64,000 nt of DNA from an uncultured delta proteobacterium (GTDB lineage Bacteria; Desulfobacterota; Desulfobacteria; Desulfobacterales; Desulfatirhabdiaceae): contig CAWBKP010000024.1 in assembly GCA_963789395.1 (NCBI GenBank), positions 352,001-416,000 of the forward strand, written 5' to 3'. Shown here in pieces: positions 1 to 10,309 of this stretch (the stretch's first letter is position 1; each line of letters opens with the position of its first letter). Made by a program: the position numbers and the translations under genes. The notes below the pieces were generated by a model that saw only the letters and a list, made by a program, of their open reading frames with translations, had not been told where the DNA came from and searched no databases.

Positions 1-654
1 AATCCCAAGGCCCATTTGCGAAAACCGGTTACCGAAGCCCAGGTGATGAATTCACCCATCATCGCCCACCCACTTGGGCTTTTCGACTGTTGCGGGGTTA
101 GCGACGGATCGGCCTGCGCCATCGTCACCACGCCGGAAATAGCAAAGAAGTTGGGTAAAAAAGATTTTGTTTCGGTAAAATCCATTCAACTGGCACTCAG
201 CAGCGGCGAGGAGGTCGGATTCAATGAATGGGATGGAGATCATTTCGCCACCACCACCCGGTGCAGCATCAAGGCGTATCAGGAAGCCGGCATTCGAAAC
301 CCGCGAGAGGAGATCAGCATGATGGAAGTTCATGACTGCTTTTCAATTACCGAGTTGGTGACCATGGAGGATCTGCACATTTCGGAAAGGGGCCACGCGG
401 TTTCTGACATTATGGACGGATTTTATGACAGGGACGGAAAAGTACCCTGCCAGGTGGATGGCGGATTGAAATGTTTCGGGCACCCCATCGGTGCTTCCGG
501 AATTCGCATGCTCTATGAAATGTATCTTCAGCTCCATGGCCGGGCGGATAAGCGACAGCTTGAAAATCCCCGCGTTGGCCTTACCCACAACCTGGGCGGG
601 TTTCCGTTCCAGAATGTGTGCAGCATCTCCATCATCGGCAAATACGAAAAATAA
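1..654 (+). CDS. Thiolase family protein (acetyl-CoA acetyltransferase, SCP2-type), 5'-truncated by window edge
   Basis: Motifs DCCGVSDG, EVHDCF, GGLKCFGHPIGASG, HNLGG; the reading frame is open from base 1. Confidence 0.9.
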   Translation, partial: NPKAHLRKPVTEAQVMNSPIIAHPLGLFDCCGVSDGSACAIVTTPEIAKKLGKKDFVSVKSIQLALSSGEEVGFNEWDGDHFATTTRCSIKAYQEAGIRNPREEISMMEVHDCFSITELVTMEDLHISERGHAVSDIMDGFYDRDGKVPCQVDGGLKCFGHPIGASGIRMLYEMYLQLHGRADKRQLENPRVGLTHNLGGFPFQNVCSISIIGKYEK

Positions 655-673
655 GGGATAAGGAGAGTGTGCC

Positions 674-1817
674 GTGGAAATTTTAACGTATACGGACGCC
701 CATAACGATTTTCGTCGGCGGCTGCGGGCTTTTCTGGAAATCGAGGTCATTCCGTTCGTGGATCAGTGGGAAAAAGATAAAATCATCCCCAAAGACATCT
801 GGCAAAAAACCGGAAAGGCCGGCTTTTTATGCCCAGGTGTCTCTCCGGATTACGGGGGACTTGGCGGCGATTTCCGGTATTCCGTCATCGTTGCAGAGGA
901 ACTGGCCGGAACCTGCCATACGGGGCTTGCCGCCGGCCTTCACAGTGATGTGGTGGTGCCGTATATTGAATCCTACGGATCCGAAGAAATCCGGAAAAAA
1001 TATCTGCCGGGCTGTGTTTCGGGAGAAATCGTTACGGCCATTGCTATGACCGAACCCGGAGCAGGCAGTGATCTGGCCGGCATGGCTACAATTGCCGAGG
1101 AAGTCGGGGACGACGTCATCTTGAATGGTTCGAAAACTTTTATCTCCAACGGGGTTCATGCGGATCTCGTGGTTCTGGCCGCAAGAGATCCGGCTATAGA
1201 AAATCCCTATCAGGCCATATCCCTTTATCTGCTGGAAACCGGAACTCCGGGTTTCAAGCGGGGCAGGCAACTTGAAAAAATGGGTTGGTGGAGTCAGGAT
1301 ACGGCCGAGCTGTTTTTTACCAATTGCCGCATACCCCGGAAAAACCGTCTGGGGGAAAAAGGCATGGGCTTTCTCATGCTTATGGATAAACTTCAGCAGG
1401 AGCGCCTGACCTGCGCTGTTGGCGCTGTTGCAGCAGCGGAAATGATTCTGAAATGGATTACGGCGTATTGCAAAAACACCCGCGTCTTCGGAAAACCCCT
1501 GTCCAAGTTTCAGGCAACCCAGTTCAGCCTGGTTGAAATGGCGACAGAGGTGAAAATCGGCAGGACCTTTGTAGACAAGCTGGTTATGGAGCATATCGCG
1601 CGTGAAACACGTGGTGGTGGAAACATCCATGGCCAAATACTGGACCACGGACATGGTGAGCCGGATCGCGGACAGAAGCCTGGATATTATGGGAAATGAT
1701 GGTATGCTGGAAAAATTTCCAATGGCCAGGGCCTGGCGGGATGTGCGGGTCATGTCCATATTTGCCGGAACCAATGAAATCATGAAAGGCATTGCCGCCA
1801 AATTCATGGGACTGTGA
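674..1817 (+). CDS. Acyl-CoA dehydrogenase (frameshift near 1600)
   Basis: AMTEPGAGSDL, NGSKTFISNG, DTAELFF; the C-terminal SIFAGTNEIMK lies in a second frame (1602..1817). Confidence 0.9.
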
Positions 1818-1834
1818 AACAGTGAGGATTTTTC

Positions 1835-3841
1835 ATGTATAGAACGCTTTTTAGCCCGATTCGCATCAATACCGTTGAAATCAAGAACCGGATCGCCTAT
1901 CCGGCCCTGGGACTGCTTTACTCATACGACAGCAAACTGAATGACCGTTACTACGCCTATTTTGCGGAAAGGGCAAAAGGCGGCGCCGGGCTGGTGACGG
2001 TGGGGCCGGTCGGGATCGATTTTCTGGGCTCCGGGCTTCTGGCCTTGTCCCTGGCCGGCGATGAGGCGATTCCCTCTTTTCAGAAACTCTCCGGGATCAT
2101 TCATGACGGGGGTGCAAAAGCCTGGGTTCAGCTTTTTCATGCAGGAGCCTATTCCCATCCCATTCTGATAGACGGCAAAGAACCTATTGCCCCGTCCGCG
2201 GTGTTTTCAAAATATTCCCGCGTGACGCCTCGGGAGATGTCTCTTGAAGATATTCAAGAGGTGCAATCCTGTTTTGTCCGGGCTGCGCTTCGCGCCAAAG
2301 CCGCCGGATTTGACGGGGTTGAAATCATTGCCTCTGCCGGCTATCTGGTCTCCCAGTTTTTATCGCCGCTTCGGAATCTGCGGACCGATGATTACGGCGG
2401 CAGTTTTGAAAACCGGGTCCGGTTTCCCCGTGAGGTGATTGAAAAGATGCGAACAGCTCTGGGAAAAAACTATCCCATAACGATTCGCATGGCCGGCAAT
2501 GATTTTGTTCCCGGCAGCACCAGCGATACGGAAACACCGGAAATAGCCAGAATTTATGAAAGGGCTGGGGTGGATGCCATCAATATCACCGGCGGATGGC
2601 ATGAGTCCCGGGTGCCGCAGCTTCCCATGGAGCTTCCCCGCTCTGCGTATGCATACCTGGCCCTCAACATCAAACGGGCCGTGTCTGTTCCGGTTATGGC
2701 ATCCAACCGGATATCGGATCCGGCAACCGCAGAAAAGATTCTGACCGACGGCTTTGCTGACATGGTCAACCTGGGCCGGGTTCTGATCGCAGATCCCGAG
2801 TGGCCGTTAAAAGCTTTTGAAGGCAGGGCCGATGAAATCCGTCCCTGCGTGGCCTGCTCTCAGGGCTGCACGGATCAGGTGTTCAGCGGTCAGCCTGTCT
2901 TCTGCATCGGAAATCCGCGCGCCGGGTTCGAAACCGAGCGAATCATACAAAAAACCGGCGCAACAAAACACGTGATGATCGTAGGCGCCGGTCCGGCCGG
3001 TCTGGAAGCGGCTATTACCGCAACCCAGGCTGGTCACCGTGTCGAACTATACGAAAAAAGCCCGGATATCGGCGGCCAGCTCTGGATGGCCGGTGCTCCG
3101 CCGCACAAGCGTGAGATTTTGGAATATGTCAGGTATTATTGGGCCATGGTCCGAAAGCTTCAGATACCGCTTTATTCTGAACACAGCTGTCGATTTGGAA
3201 ATGATTCAAAGAAAAAAACCAGAATTTGTTTTGATCGCCGAAGGCGCTGAACCCCTGATTCCGCCGATCCAGGGTGCAGACCGATCCGGGCCTGTTCAAT
3301 GCCTGGGAAGTGCTTCGGGATAATCCCCTTCTGGGAAAACGGGTGGCGATCATCGGCGGCGGCGCCGTCGGGCTTGAAACCGCGCTGTTTGTAGCTGCCA
3401 AGGGAACCATCACGCCGGAAATCCTGCACTTTCTATTTACCTACGAGGCGGAAAGCATCGAGCGGCTGAGGGAACTGATGTTTCAGGGGGCTTCCCGGGT
3501 GACGGTGTTTGAAATGCTGCCCAAGGCTGGAAAAGATGTCGGTAAATCCACAAAATGGATTCTGACCGATAATCTCAAGCGCTATGGGGTCAAAGTGAAT
3601 ACCGGTACAAAAGTGATTTCCATTCGAGGCGGAACCCTCTCCTGTGAAAAAGACGGCGAATCCTTTCAGGAAGTTTTTGATTCGGTGATTCTGGCTTCGG
3701 GTTCACGCCCGGTTCAGCAACTTTCCAGCGACATCGCATCTACTGAAAATCCCTTATACGGTCATCGGCGATTGCATCAAGCCAGGGAAGATAAACGACG
3801 CCATCCACGCCGGGTTTCTGGCTGCAGTGGGGATTGGCTGA
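1835..3841 (+). CDS. NADH:flavin oxidoreductase / 2,4-dienoyl-CoA reductase-like (OYE barrel + FAD domain), about 3 frameshifts
   Basis: GFDGVEI, RTDDYGGSFENR, CVACSQGC Fe-S motif, GAGPAG and GGGAVG dinucleotide motifs, terminal IGDC..PGKI.DAIH.G in a shifted frame. Confidence 0.85.
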
Positions 3842-3914
3842 TGAGACGAAATGATAATTTCCCTGTCGAATTCTTGCTGTTTTCTGCCACTGTTGCCAGA
3901 TATTTCTTGATAAA

Positions 3915-3945
3915 TTGAACAATTTTTATTTTATAGTGATATAAT
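3915..3945 (+). promoter_or_regulatory. Putative sigma70 extended -10 promoter upstream of the CARF-deaminase gene
   Basis: TGaTATAAT at 3937-3945 in an AT-rich spacer; TTGAAC at 3915-3920. Confidence 0.5.
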
Positions 3946-3992
3946 AAGCACTGGGTAAGTTCAATTTCATTCAAGTGTTTGGAGAAGGGTTC

Positions 3993-6202
3993 ATGTCAAA
4001 CATTCTGGTAACGACAATGGGTTTGTCTTGGCATCACCTGCCGCAGGTTCTGGGAATAACCAACCCATACGTCGTGGATCTATTTCGTTTTCAGCCATCA
4101 AATGTTCGGATTTCTCGAATCAGGGAAGAATTCGATCTGCAGCCGGTGGATGAAATCTGGGTTGTGACCACACAGGGCAAGATTGATCTGCAGCTGGCTG
4201 TCCTTCAGAAATGGCATGCCCTTTTGGAACCTTCCAGTTTGATCTTGGCAGATATTAAGGAATGGGCCGGCCTGATTGATAACTCATTCTGGCCGGTGTC
4301 TGAAGATTTTTCAGGTATCCGGAACGGATGATCTGATAGTTGAAACCGAATGCCGCATGATGAAAGAGGCAATGCTTCGGATTGTGCTGCATGCCGCCGA
4401 ATATGCCGCCGGTGGACAGCTGCTGCTGGCTTTCGCAGGGGGATCTAAATCCATGAGTGCGGACATTCAGTTTGCAGCAACCCTTTTCGGTTGTGACGCG
4501 ATGATCCGTGTGATTGATGACGGTATGGTCTCACTGAAACCGGAGGATGCCAGAAACGTTATCAGACCTGAACTATTCACGGCTTCCCTGCCTGCTGATT
4601 TCAGCAATGCGATTACGCCACTGGTAACTGGAAAAATTTCGAAAAATGCGCTGATCGGATTATCACTGGCGGAAATGCCCCCGATTCAGGCATCGGATTA
4701 TCCGATTGTCGGTTCAGAGAATGGAAAAGTCGCCCTTCTGCAAGTGGATTCGACCGATTTGGCTCTTTCGGAAGCCATCGACAATCGCATGAAGCATGCG
4801 GAATATCTTGCAGCCGCTCACACAAACGCCATGCTTGCAGAGGAAAGCAATGCCAATTTCATGTCGCTTTACAGCCTTTCCCCCTGGCTGATCGATCGAC
4901 TGAAAACAACCCGAATGGGTATTTATCCGGAAAAAGAAACCGCCGAGATTGCATGGCTCACCCAGCTTCCCAAAGCAGCGCTTCACTGTAATCTTGAGGG
5001 GGTTCTGGATATAAATGAATTGATACGTGTCGCCAATGCCAATTATCTGCTCGTGGATCGGTATAAAATGCGCACGGCCTTTCAAATCCGGGAATGGCGC
5101 CGGTTGCTGGACAGGTTCAGCAGTGCGGAATTCCGTGAACAGAACCCATTGAATACGATAGCAGATGCAGTTCGGGATATTCCGGAACCTGTCAGCCTTT
5201 GCGCATTTATCCAAATGTTTAACGGAGCGCCGGGACTTCTGGATGATCTGATTTATGGAAATATGCGGATAGATTCGGCATTTGTTTCAACAGGTCTCAA
5301 CGCTTATGAGGCACTGGGAGATCTGCAGGGTGCAAGGTTGCTGCAGAGTGAGGCCAGTATACGGGAAACCTGTAGAATTCTGGTGGAAAAAGCGCTTTCG
5401 CATCATGTCCGGTATCTTGAAGTTCATTGCTCACCGATCAGGTATGTATCCGGAGGATTGAATCCGATTCAAATCGTTGATATGATAGAAGATGAAATCG
5501 GGAAATCATTCACGGATTTTTCGATTGTTTTTTCGGCCAGGCCGTCACCGGCTAAAAGCCGATATCATGCAACTGGTCAATGTGTCCAAGCGAATCATGG
5601 AAAATCCAAAGAGCCATTGCCGGTTGCGGGGGTATGATCTGGCTGAAAATGAAGCTTCTTTTCCGGCAAGGGATTTACGGAAATATTTTTCTCCTTTCAT
5701 GGAAAAATGCCAGCACATTACGATCAACGCCGGTGGCAGTGCGGATGTTGCCAGTATCTGGGAAGCGGTCTATCATTTAAATGCCGAGCGGGTCAGTCAC
5801 GCACTGGATTTAAATAGCAATGTCGCGATGATGGCGGAATTACTGGACAGAAATATTGCCTTGGAAATGTGTCCATCGAGCAATTTTCAGATTGCGGGTT
5901 TCAGGGATAACTATATTCCTGAAACCGACACCAAGCCGGAATATCCGCTGAAGGATTTTCTGGACAGGGGCCTGAAGGTTACCGTCAATGCCGATAACCC
6001 CGGTATTTCCCGTACCGATTTTTCTCGGGAACTTCACCGGGCTGCCCGTCTGACGCCCGGCGGTCTCAGTATCTGGGATATTTTAAAGATTGTTCAAAAT
6101 GGATTCAAATCCGCTTTTGCCGAACACGCCACCCGGAACCGGATGCTGCGGAAAGCGGAGATGGAGATTGTTAAACTTGTCCAAAAAGGCATTCCGGTAT
6201 AA
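3993..6202 (+). CDS. CARF domain + adenosine deaminase-fold protein (Cad1/CAAD-like), degenerate active site; frameshifts near 4298 and 5540
   Basis: N-terminal ILVTTMGLSW...VDEIWVVTT and AGGSKSMS (CARF AGGRKxMS-like). C-terminal ADA motifs LPKAALHCNLEG, VRYLEVHCSP, GYDLAENE, ITINAGG, ERVSHAL, EMCPSSN, VTVNADNP. Confidence 0.8.
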
Positions 6203-6361
6203 GGTGGATAAAGCCACGGGTTAAGCTCCGATCCGGCAACCTGGAAATGGCCATGTCCGGATGGCGAATTTCAAACGCTTTACGCGATTTGCATTTACCG
6301 CTCCGCCATTGCCAGCCTTAACGCAAGGCAGACAAAAACAGTACCCGCCACAGTGATCTTT

Positions 6362-7201
6362 TCAACGTCTTTCCGTTGCGGCACCCCCGAACATATCGTT
6401 CATCAGATCCATCAGGGTTTCCTGAAGCCGCTGGTCATCGGACAAGGGAAGGCAGATGGCGGTGCGGCAGGCCTCGATGACGGATATTCCCCGTTGAATG
6501 AGGCAGGCCGCATAAATCAGCAGGCGGGTGCTGGCGCCCTCGGTCAGACCGTGTTCACGGATGTTTCGGATCTTTCCGGCCAGCTGGACCAGTTTCAGCG
6601 CAGTTTCGGAATCCACACCGCTCTCCCTGGAAACGATGGCTGCTTCGTTTTCAGGACTCGGGTAATGGAATTCCAGGGCAACAAAACGCTGGCGGGTGCT
6701 TTGCTTCAGATCTTTCAGTACGGACTGGTATCCGGGATTGTAGGAGACCACCATCAGAAAATCGGGATGGGCCGGAATGCTTTCCCCTTTTTTATCAATA
6801 TGAAGGGTTCTGCGGCTGTCGGTCAACGGGTGAATCACCACGGTTGTGTCTTTTCTGGCCTCGACAATTTCATCAAGATAGCAGATGGCGCCGGTGCGGA
6901 CGGCGCGGGTGAGGGGGCCATCCATCCAGACGGTGGCATCGTTCAAAAGCAGATATCGGCCGATCAGATCCGACGCAAAAAGATCTTCATGGCAGGCCAC
7001 GGTAATCAGGGGTCTGTCCAGTCGATGCGCCATGTATTCCACGAAACGCGTCTTGCCGCAGCCGGTCGGCCCTTTAAGCATGACCGGAAGCTTGGCAAGA
7101 TATGCGGCTTCAAATAAAGAGATTTCATTTTCTGATGGCAGATAGTATGGCGCCTTGGATGCTTCACAAGGGCAGTTGTCGGTTTTTCGCTGAAATGTCA
7201 T
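6362..7201 (-). CDS. CbbQ/NirQ/NorQ family MoxR AAA+ ATPase
   Basis: LKGPTGCGKTRFVEYMA, CHEDL, YLDEIVEARKD, SYNPGYQ..KDLKQSTRQRF, STRLL. Confidence 0.92.
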   Translation of the reverse strand: MTFQRKTDNCPCEASKAPYYLPSENEISLFEAAYLAKLPVMLKGPTGCGKTRFVEYMAHRLDRPLITVACHEDLFASDLIGRYLLLNDATVWMDGPLTRAVRTGAICYLDEIVEARKDTTVVIHPLTDSRRTLHIDKKGESIPAHPDFLMVVSYNPGYQSVLKDLKQSTRQRFVALEFHYPSPENEAAIVSRESGVDSETALKLVQLAGKIRNIREHGLTEGASTRLLIYAACLIQRGISVIEACRTAICLPLSDDQRLQETLMDLMNDMFGGAATERR

Positions 7202-7350
7202 GAGGGTGCTCCGGAGCTCGCTTTCATCTTGCGTATAATGATAAAATATTATATAATTTCATAAATTTATCTTGTTAATTGGAACTAATGGCATGTCACG
7301 GAATTTGTTTGGGGTCCATGACACCATAACACATAAGGATTATATACCGA

Positions 7351-8524
7351 ATGTCTGAATCGAACAATCGTAATATGGTTCACCGGCTTTGCCATGCAAG
7401 ACAAGGAAATCGTTTTGATCGGCACGGCCCATGTTTCACAGGAAAGCTCGGATCTGGTCGCCTCTGTCATTGAAGCGGAAAGACCGGATACGGTCTGCGT
7501 TGAGCTGTGTGCTTCCCGCTACCAGTCCATTCGCCTCAAAGACCAGTGGCAGAACATGGATATCGTAAAGGTCATCAAGGAAAAGAAGACATTTTTGCTG
7601 CTGTCGAATCTGATTCTGGCGGCGTTTCAAAAGCGGATTGCGGCAAAACTCGATATCGTTCCGGGGGCGGAGATGATTCGTGCCATTGAAGCTGCGGATG
7701 CCACAGGCGCTGCCATTCACCTTGCCGACCGGGAAATTCGCGTGACCCTGTCACGGGCCTGGAAGGCCATGACATTCTGGGAAAAAAATAAATTATTGTA
7801 TCATTTGCTGATGTCTTTTGCTGAAGCAGAGGAAATCAGTCAGGAAGATATTGAAAAAATGAAAGAGCAGGATGTTCTGGAGGCCTTGATGGCGGATGTG
7901 GGAAAAACGCTTCCCATGTTAAAGCGCATTCTGATTGAAGAGCGGGACCAGTATCTGGCGGAAAAAATACGTACTGCGCCGGGGAGAAAAATCGTGGCCG
8001 TGGTCGGGGCAGGGCATGTCGCCGGGATCAAAGCCAACTGGGATAAAACCATTGATATCGCCGAGCTGGAGTCGCTGCCGCCTGATGGCAGGATTGCAAC
8101 TGTCCTGGGATGGGGAATTCCCCTGGCGATTGTTCTGATGATGGCTATCGGTTTTTTCACCGGCGGAGAGAAAGTGGGAACCAACATGATCACGGGATGG
8201 ATTCTGACAACCGGCATTCTGGCAGGCATTGGTGCTGCTGCTGCTCTGGCCCATCCCCTGACGATCCTCTCCTCGATTCTGGCAGCTCCCATCACCACGC
8301 TTCATCCGCTGATTGCCGCGGGATGGGTTTCGGGCCTGGTGGAGGCATTTTCACGAAAGCCCAAAGTCCGGGATATTGAGGCCCTGCCGCAGGACATAAT
8401 GTCTGTAAAAGGGTTCTGGCGAAACAAGGTGACACGGATTCTTCTTGTGGTGGTGTTTACCAATATCGGCGCCTCGATCGGAACATTTGTGGCGGTTCCG
8501 TTGATGCTGAAAATGATGCACTGA
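7351..8524 (+). CDS. TraB/PrgY (pheromone-shutdown) family membrane protein; probable true start at 7351 with an early frameshift
   Basis: LIGTAHVS, VCVELC, PGAEM, ERD, VAVVGAGH, C-terminal TM helices. Confidence 0.88.
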
Positions 8525-8602
8525 ACCCTTATGCGTCATTGCGACTTGAGAAGGGTTTTCCGCTGGATAGAACAAAAGATTGTTTGAAATGAAGACTCAA
8601 AT

Positions 8603-9343
8603 ATGATCAAATCGAACATATCGGCTGTGTCCTGTAAAACGGTGTCATTTTCTGCTGACGGCTTTCGGTTGTCAGGAACCCTGCATTTGCCTGAAACGCC
8701 TCAACCCCCGGTTGTTGTCGGTTCGCACGGCCTGCTAAGCAGCGGCTGTTCACCCAAACAGATTGAAATGGGCAGGCAATGCAGTGCAAACGGCATGGCT
8801 TACTTCCGGTTCGATCATCGCGGATGCGGCCAAAGCCAGGGCAGCAAGGCCGATGCCGCTGATTTTAACGGCCGATGCCGGGATCTGCTCGCTGCGATAG
8901 ACTTGTTGCGAAGCATCGTTGGACGCAACACGCAAATAGGACTGTTCGGCAGCAGCCTGGGAGGGGCGGTTTGCCTTTCGGCAGCTGCCGTAACATCCGT
9001 CCAGGCGATGGTTACCGTTGCCGCGCCCCTTGACAGCAGCTCTTTGATTGACGCTGCTCAGGGTGTTGTCCCTGCCGGGCTTTCGATGGATATAGCACTT
9101 TCTCCCCGGTTTTTCTTCGATCTGTCAGACAGCCTGTACGCTATCCGTAATCTTTTAATCTTTCATGGGGAAAATGATTCGGTTGTACCAGTTTCACACG
9201 CCCGGAAATTGTTTGCGAAAGCAGGGCATCCCAAAAAACTGGTGATCCAGGGAAACGGAGATCATGTCATGAGCCTTCCGCTGCATCAACAAGAGTTTAT
9301 GCGGGAATCCCTTTTTTGGTTTTCAACGATCCTGAAAGACTGA
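8603..9343 (+). CDS. Alpha/beta hydrolase (serine aminopeptidase S33-like)
   Basis: SHGL, FDHRGCGQS, nucleophile GSSLGG, HGENDSVVP, GDH. Confidence 0.88.
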   Translation: MIKSNISAVSCKTVSFSADGFRLSGTLHLPETPQPPVVVGSHGLLSSGCSPKQIEMGRQCSANGMAYFRFDHRGCGQSQGSKADAADFNGRCRDLLAAIDLLRSIVGRNTQIGLFGSSLGGAVCLSAAAVTSVQAMVTVAAPLDSSSLIDAAQGVVPAGLSMDIALSPRFFFDLSDSLYAIRNLLIFHGENDSVVPVSHARKLFAKAGHPKKLVIQGNGDHVMSLPLHQQEFMRESLFWFSTILKD

Positions 9344-9367
9344 ATAAATCGGGTCAAAGGAGTCATC

Positions 9368-10309
9368 ATGCCGGAAGAGCTTCCCAGACATTTTTTTACC
9401 AGAGCATTTGTAAAAACCTTTCTTCGCCGCGCACTGGCTTTTGCGATGCTTGTTGGGCTTTTTTATGGTTTGTCTGCGCTGGTATATGCCACCCGGGCCA
9501 TATTCAAAGTCAAAATGAATTACGCTGTTGTGCTGGAACGCTTCGGCGGCCAACGGGAAGCCATCACAAAAATCGGCTGGCATGTGCGCCTGCCATACTT
9601 TACACGCATTGAACAGGAAGTCTCACTGATGAACCAGACGCTTTTTCTGGGCGGAAGTCCGGAACCTATGAAAATTATTTCAAAGGAAAGCGTTGCGATC
9701 TGGACATCGGCCGTACTGACCTACCGGATTCGAAATCTGAATACCTGGGCCATAGAGAATCAGGATCCGCTGCACCTGCTACAAGGCGATTATGACGGTA
9801 TCGTCAAGGACATTCTTCAGGCGCATGAGGTCAACCAGCTGATCAGCAGCCGTGAAAAAATCAAGGATGATATTTTTATCGCATTGAAATCCCGACCGAT
9901 TAATGAAGGCGGCCCCACGCTTGAAAAAAAATACGGGATTGAAGTAGTAAGCTTTGTTCTGAAGGAAACCCGTTTCGGCGATAAATTGGTTGAAGCCACG
10001 GAAGAAAAAAAACGCCGGGAACTGATTGCCGAAGCGGACAATTATTCGGCTGATCAGGAAGCCAGTCGGATTCGAAAGCTCTATGCCGCCTATCTGGAAA
10101 GCATCGAATCCTTGCAGAAGGCACTTGGCAGAGCGGACGGTTCTACGGATGCCGCACTTTTGCAGTTTCTGACCCAGCAAAAATGGGCCACGGCCTATGA
10201 AAAAAATGTTGAGGGCCAGAATACCATCGTGATTCAGAACACGCAGGATCCGCCGGCGATTACCCTTCCCGCTGCCCAGTCCCATCAGAAAACTCATGGA
10301 GAGCGGTAA
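9368..10309 (+). CDS. SPFH/Band 7 (HflK/HflC/stomatin-like) membrane protein
   Basis: N-terminal TM helix, AVVLERFG...GWHVRLPY, SSREKI, KYGIEVVSFVLKE, then a charged helical C-terminus. Confidence 0.8.
   Translation: MPEELPRHFFTRAFVKTFLRRALAFAMLVGLFYGLSALVYATRAIFKVKMNYAVVLERFGGQREAITKIGWHVRLPYFTRIEQEVSLMNQTLFLGGSPEPMKIISKESVAIWTSAVLTYRIRNLNTWAIENQDPLHLLQGDYDGIVKDILQAHEVNQLISSREKIKDDIFIALKSRPINEGGPTLEKKYGIEVVSFVLKETRFGDKLVEATEEKKRRELIAEADNYSADQEASRIRKLYAAYLESIESLQKALGRADGSTDAALLQFLTQQKWATAYEKNVEGQNTIVIQNTQDPPAITLPAAQSHQKTHGER

Noticed and set aside
1590..1620. Programmed ribosomal frameshifting at split genes
   Set aside because: No consistent slippery motif; shifts occur across unrelated genes, which fits sequencing error
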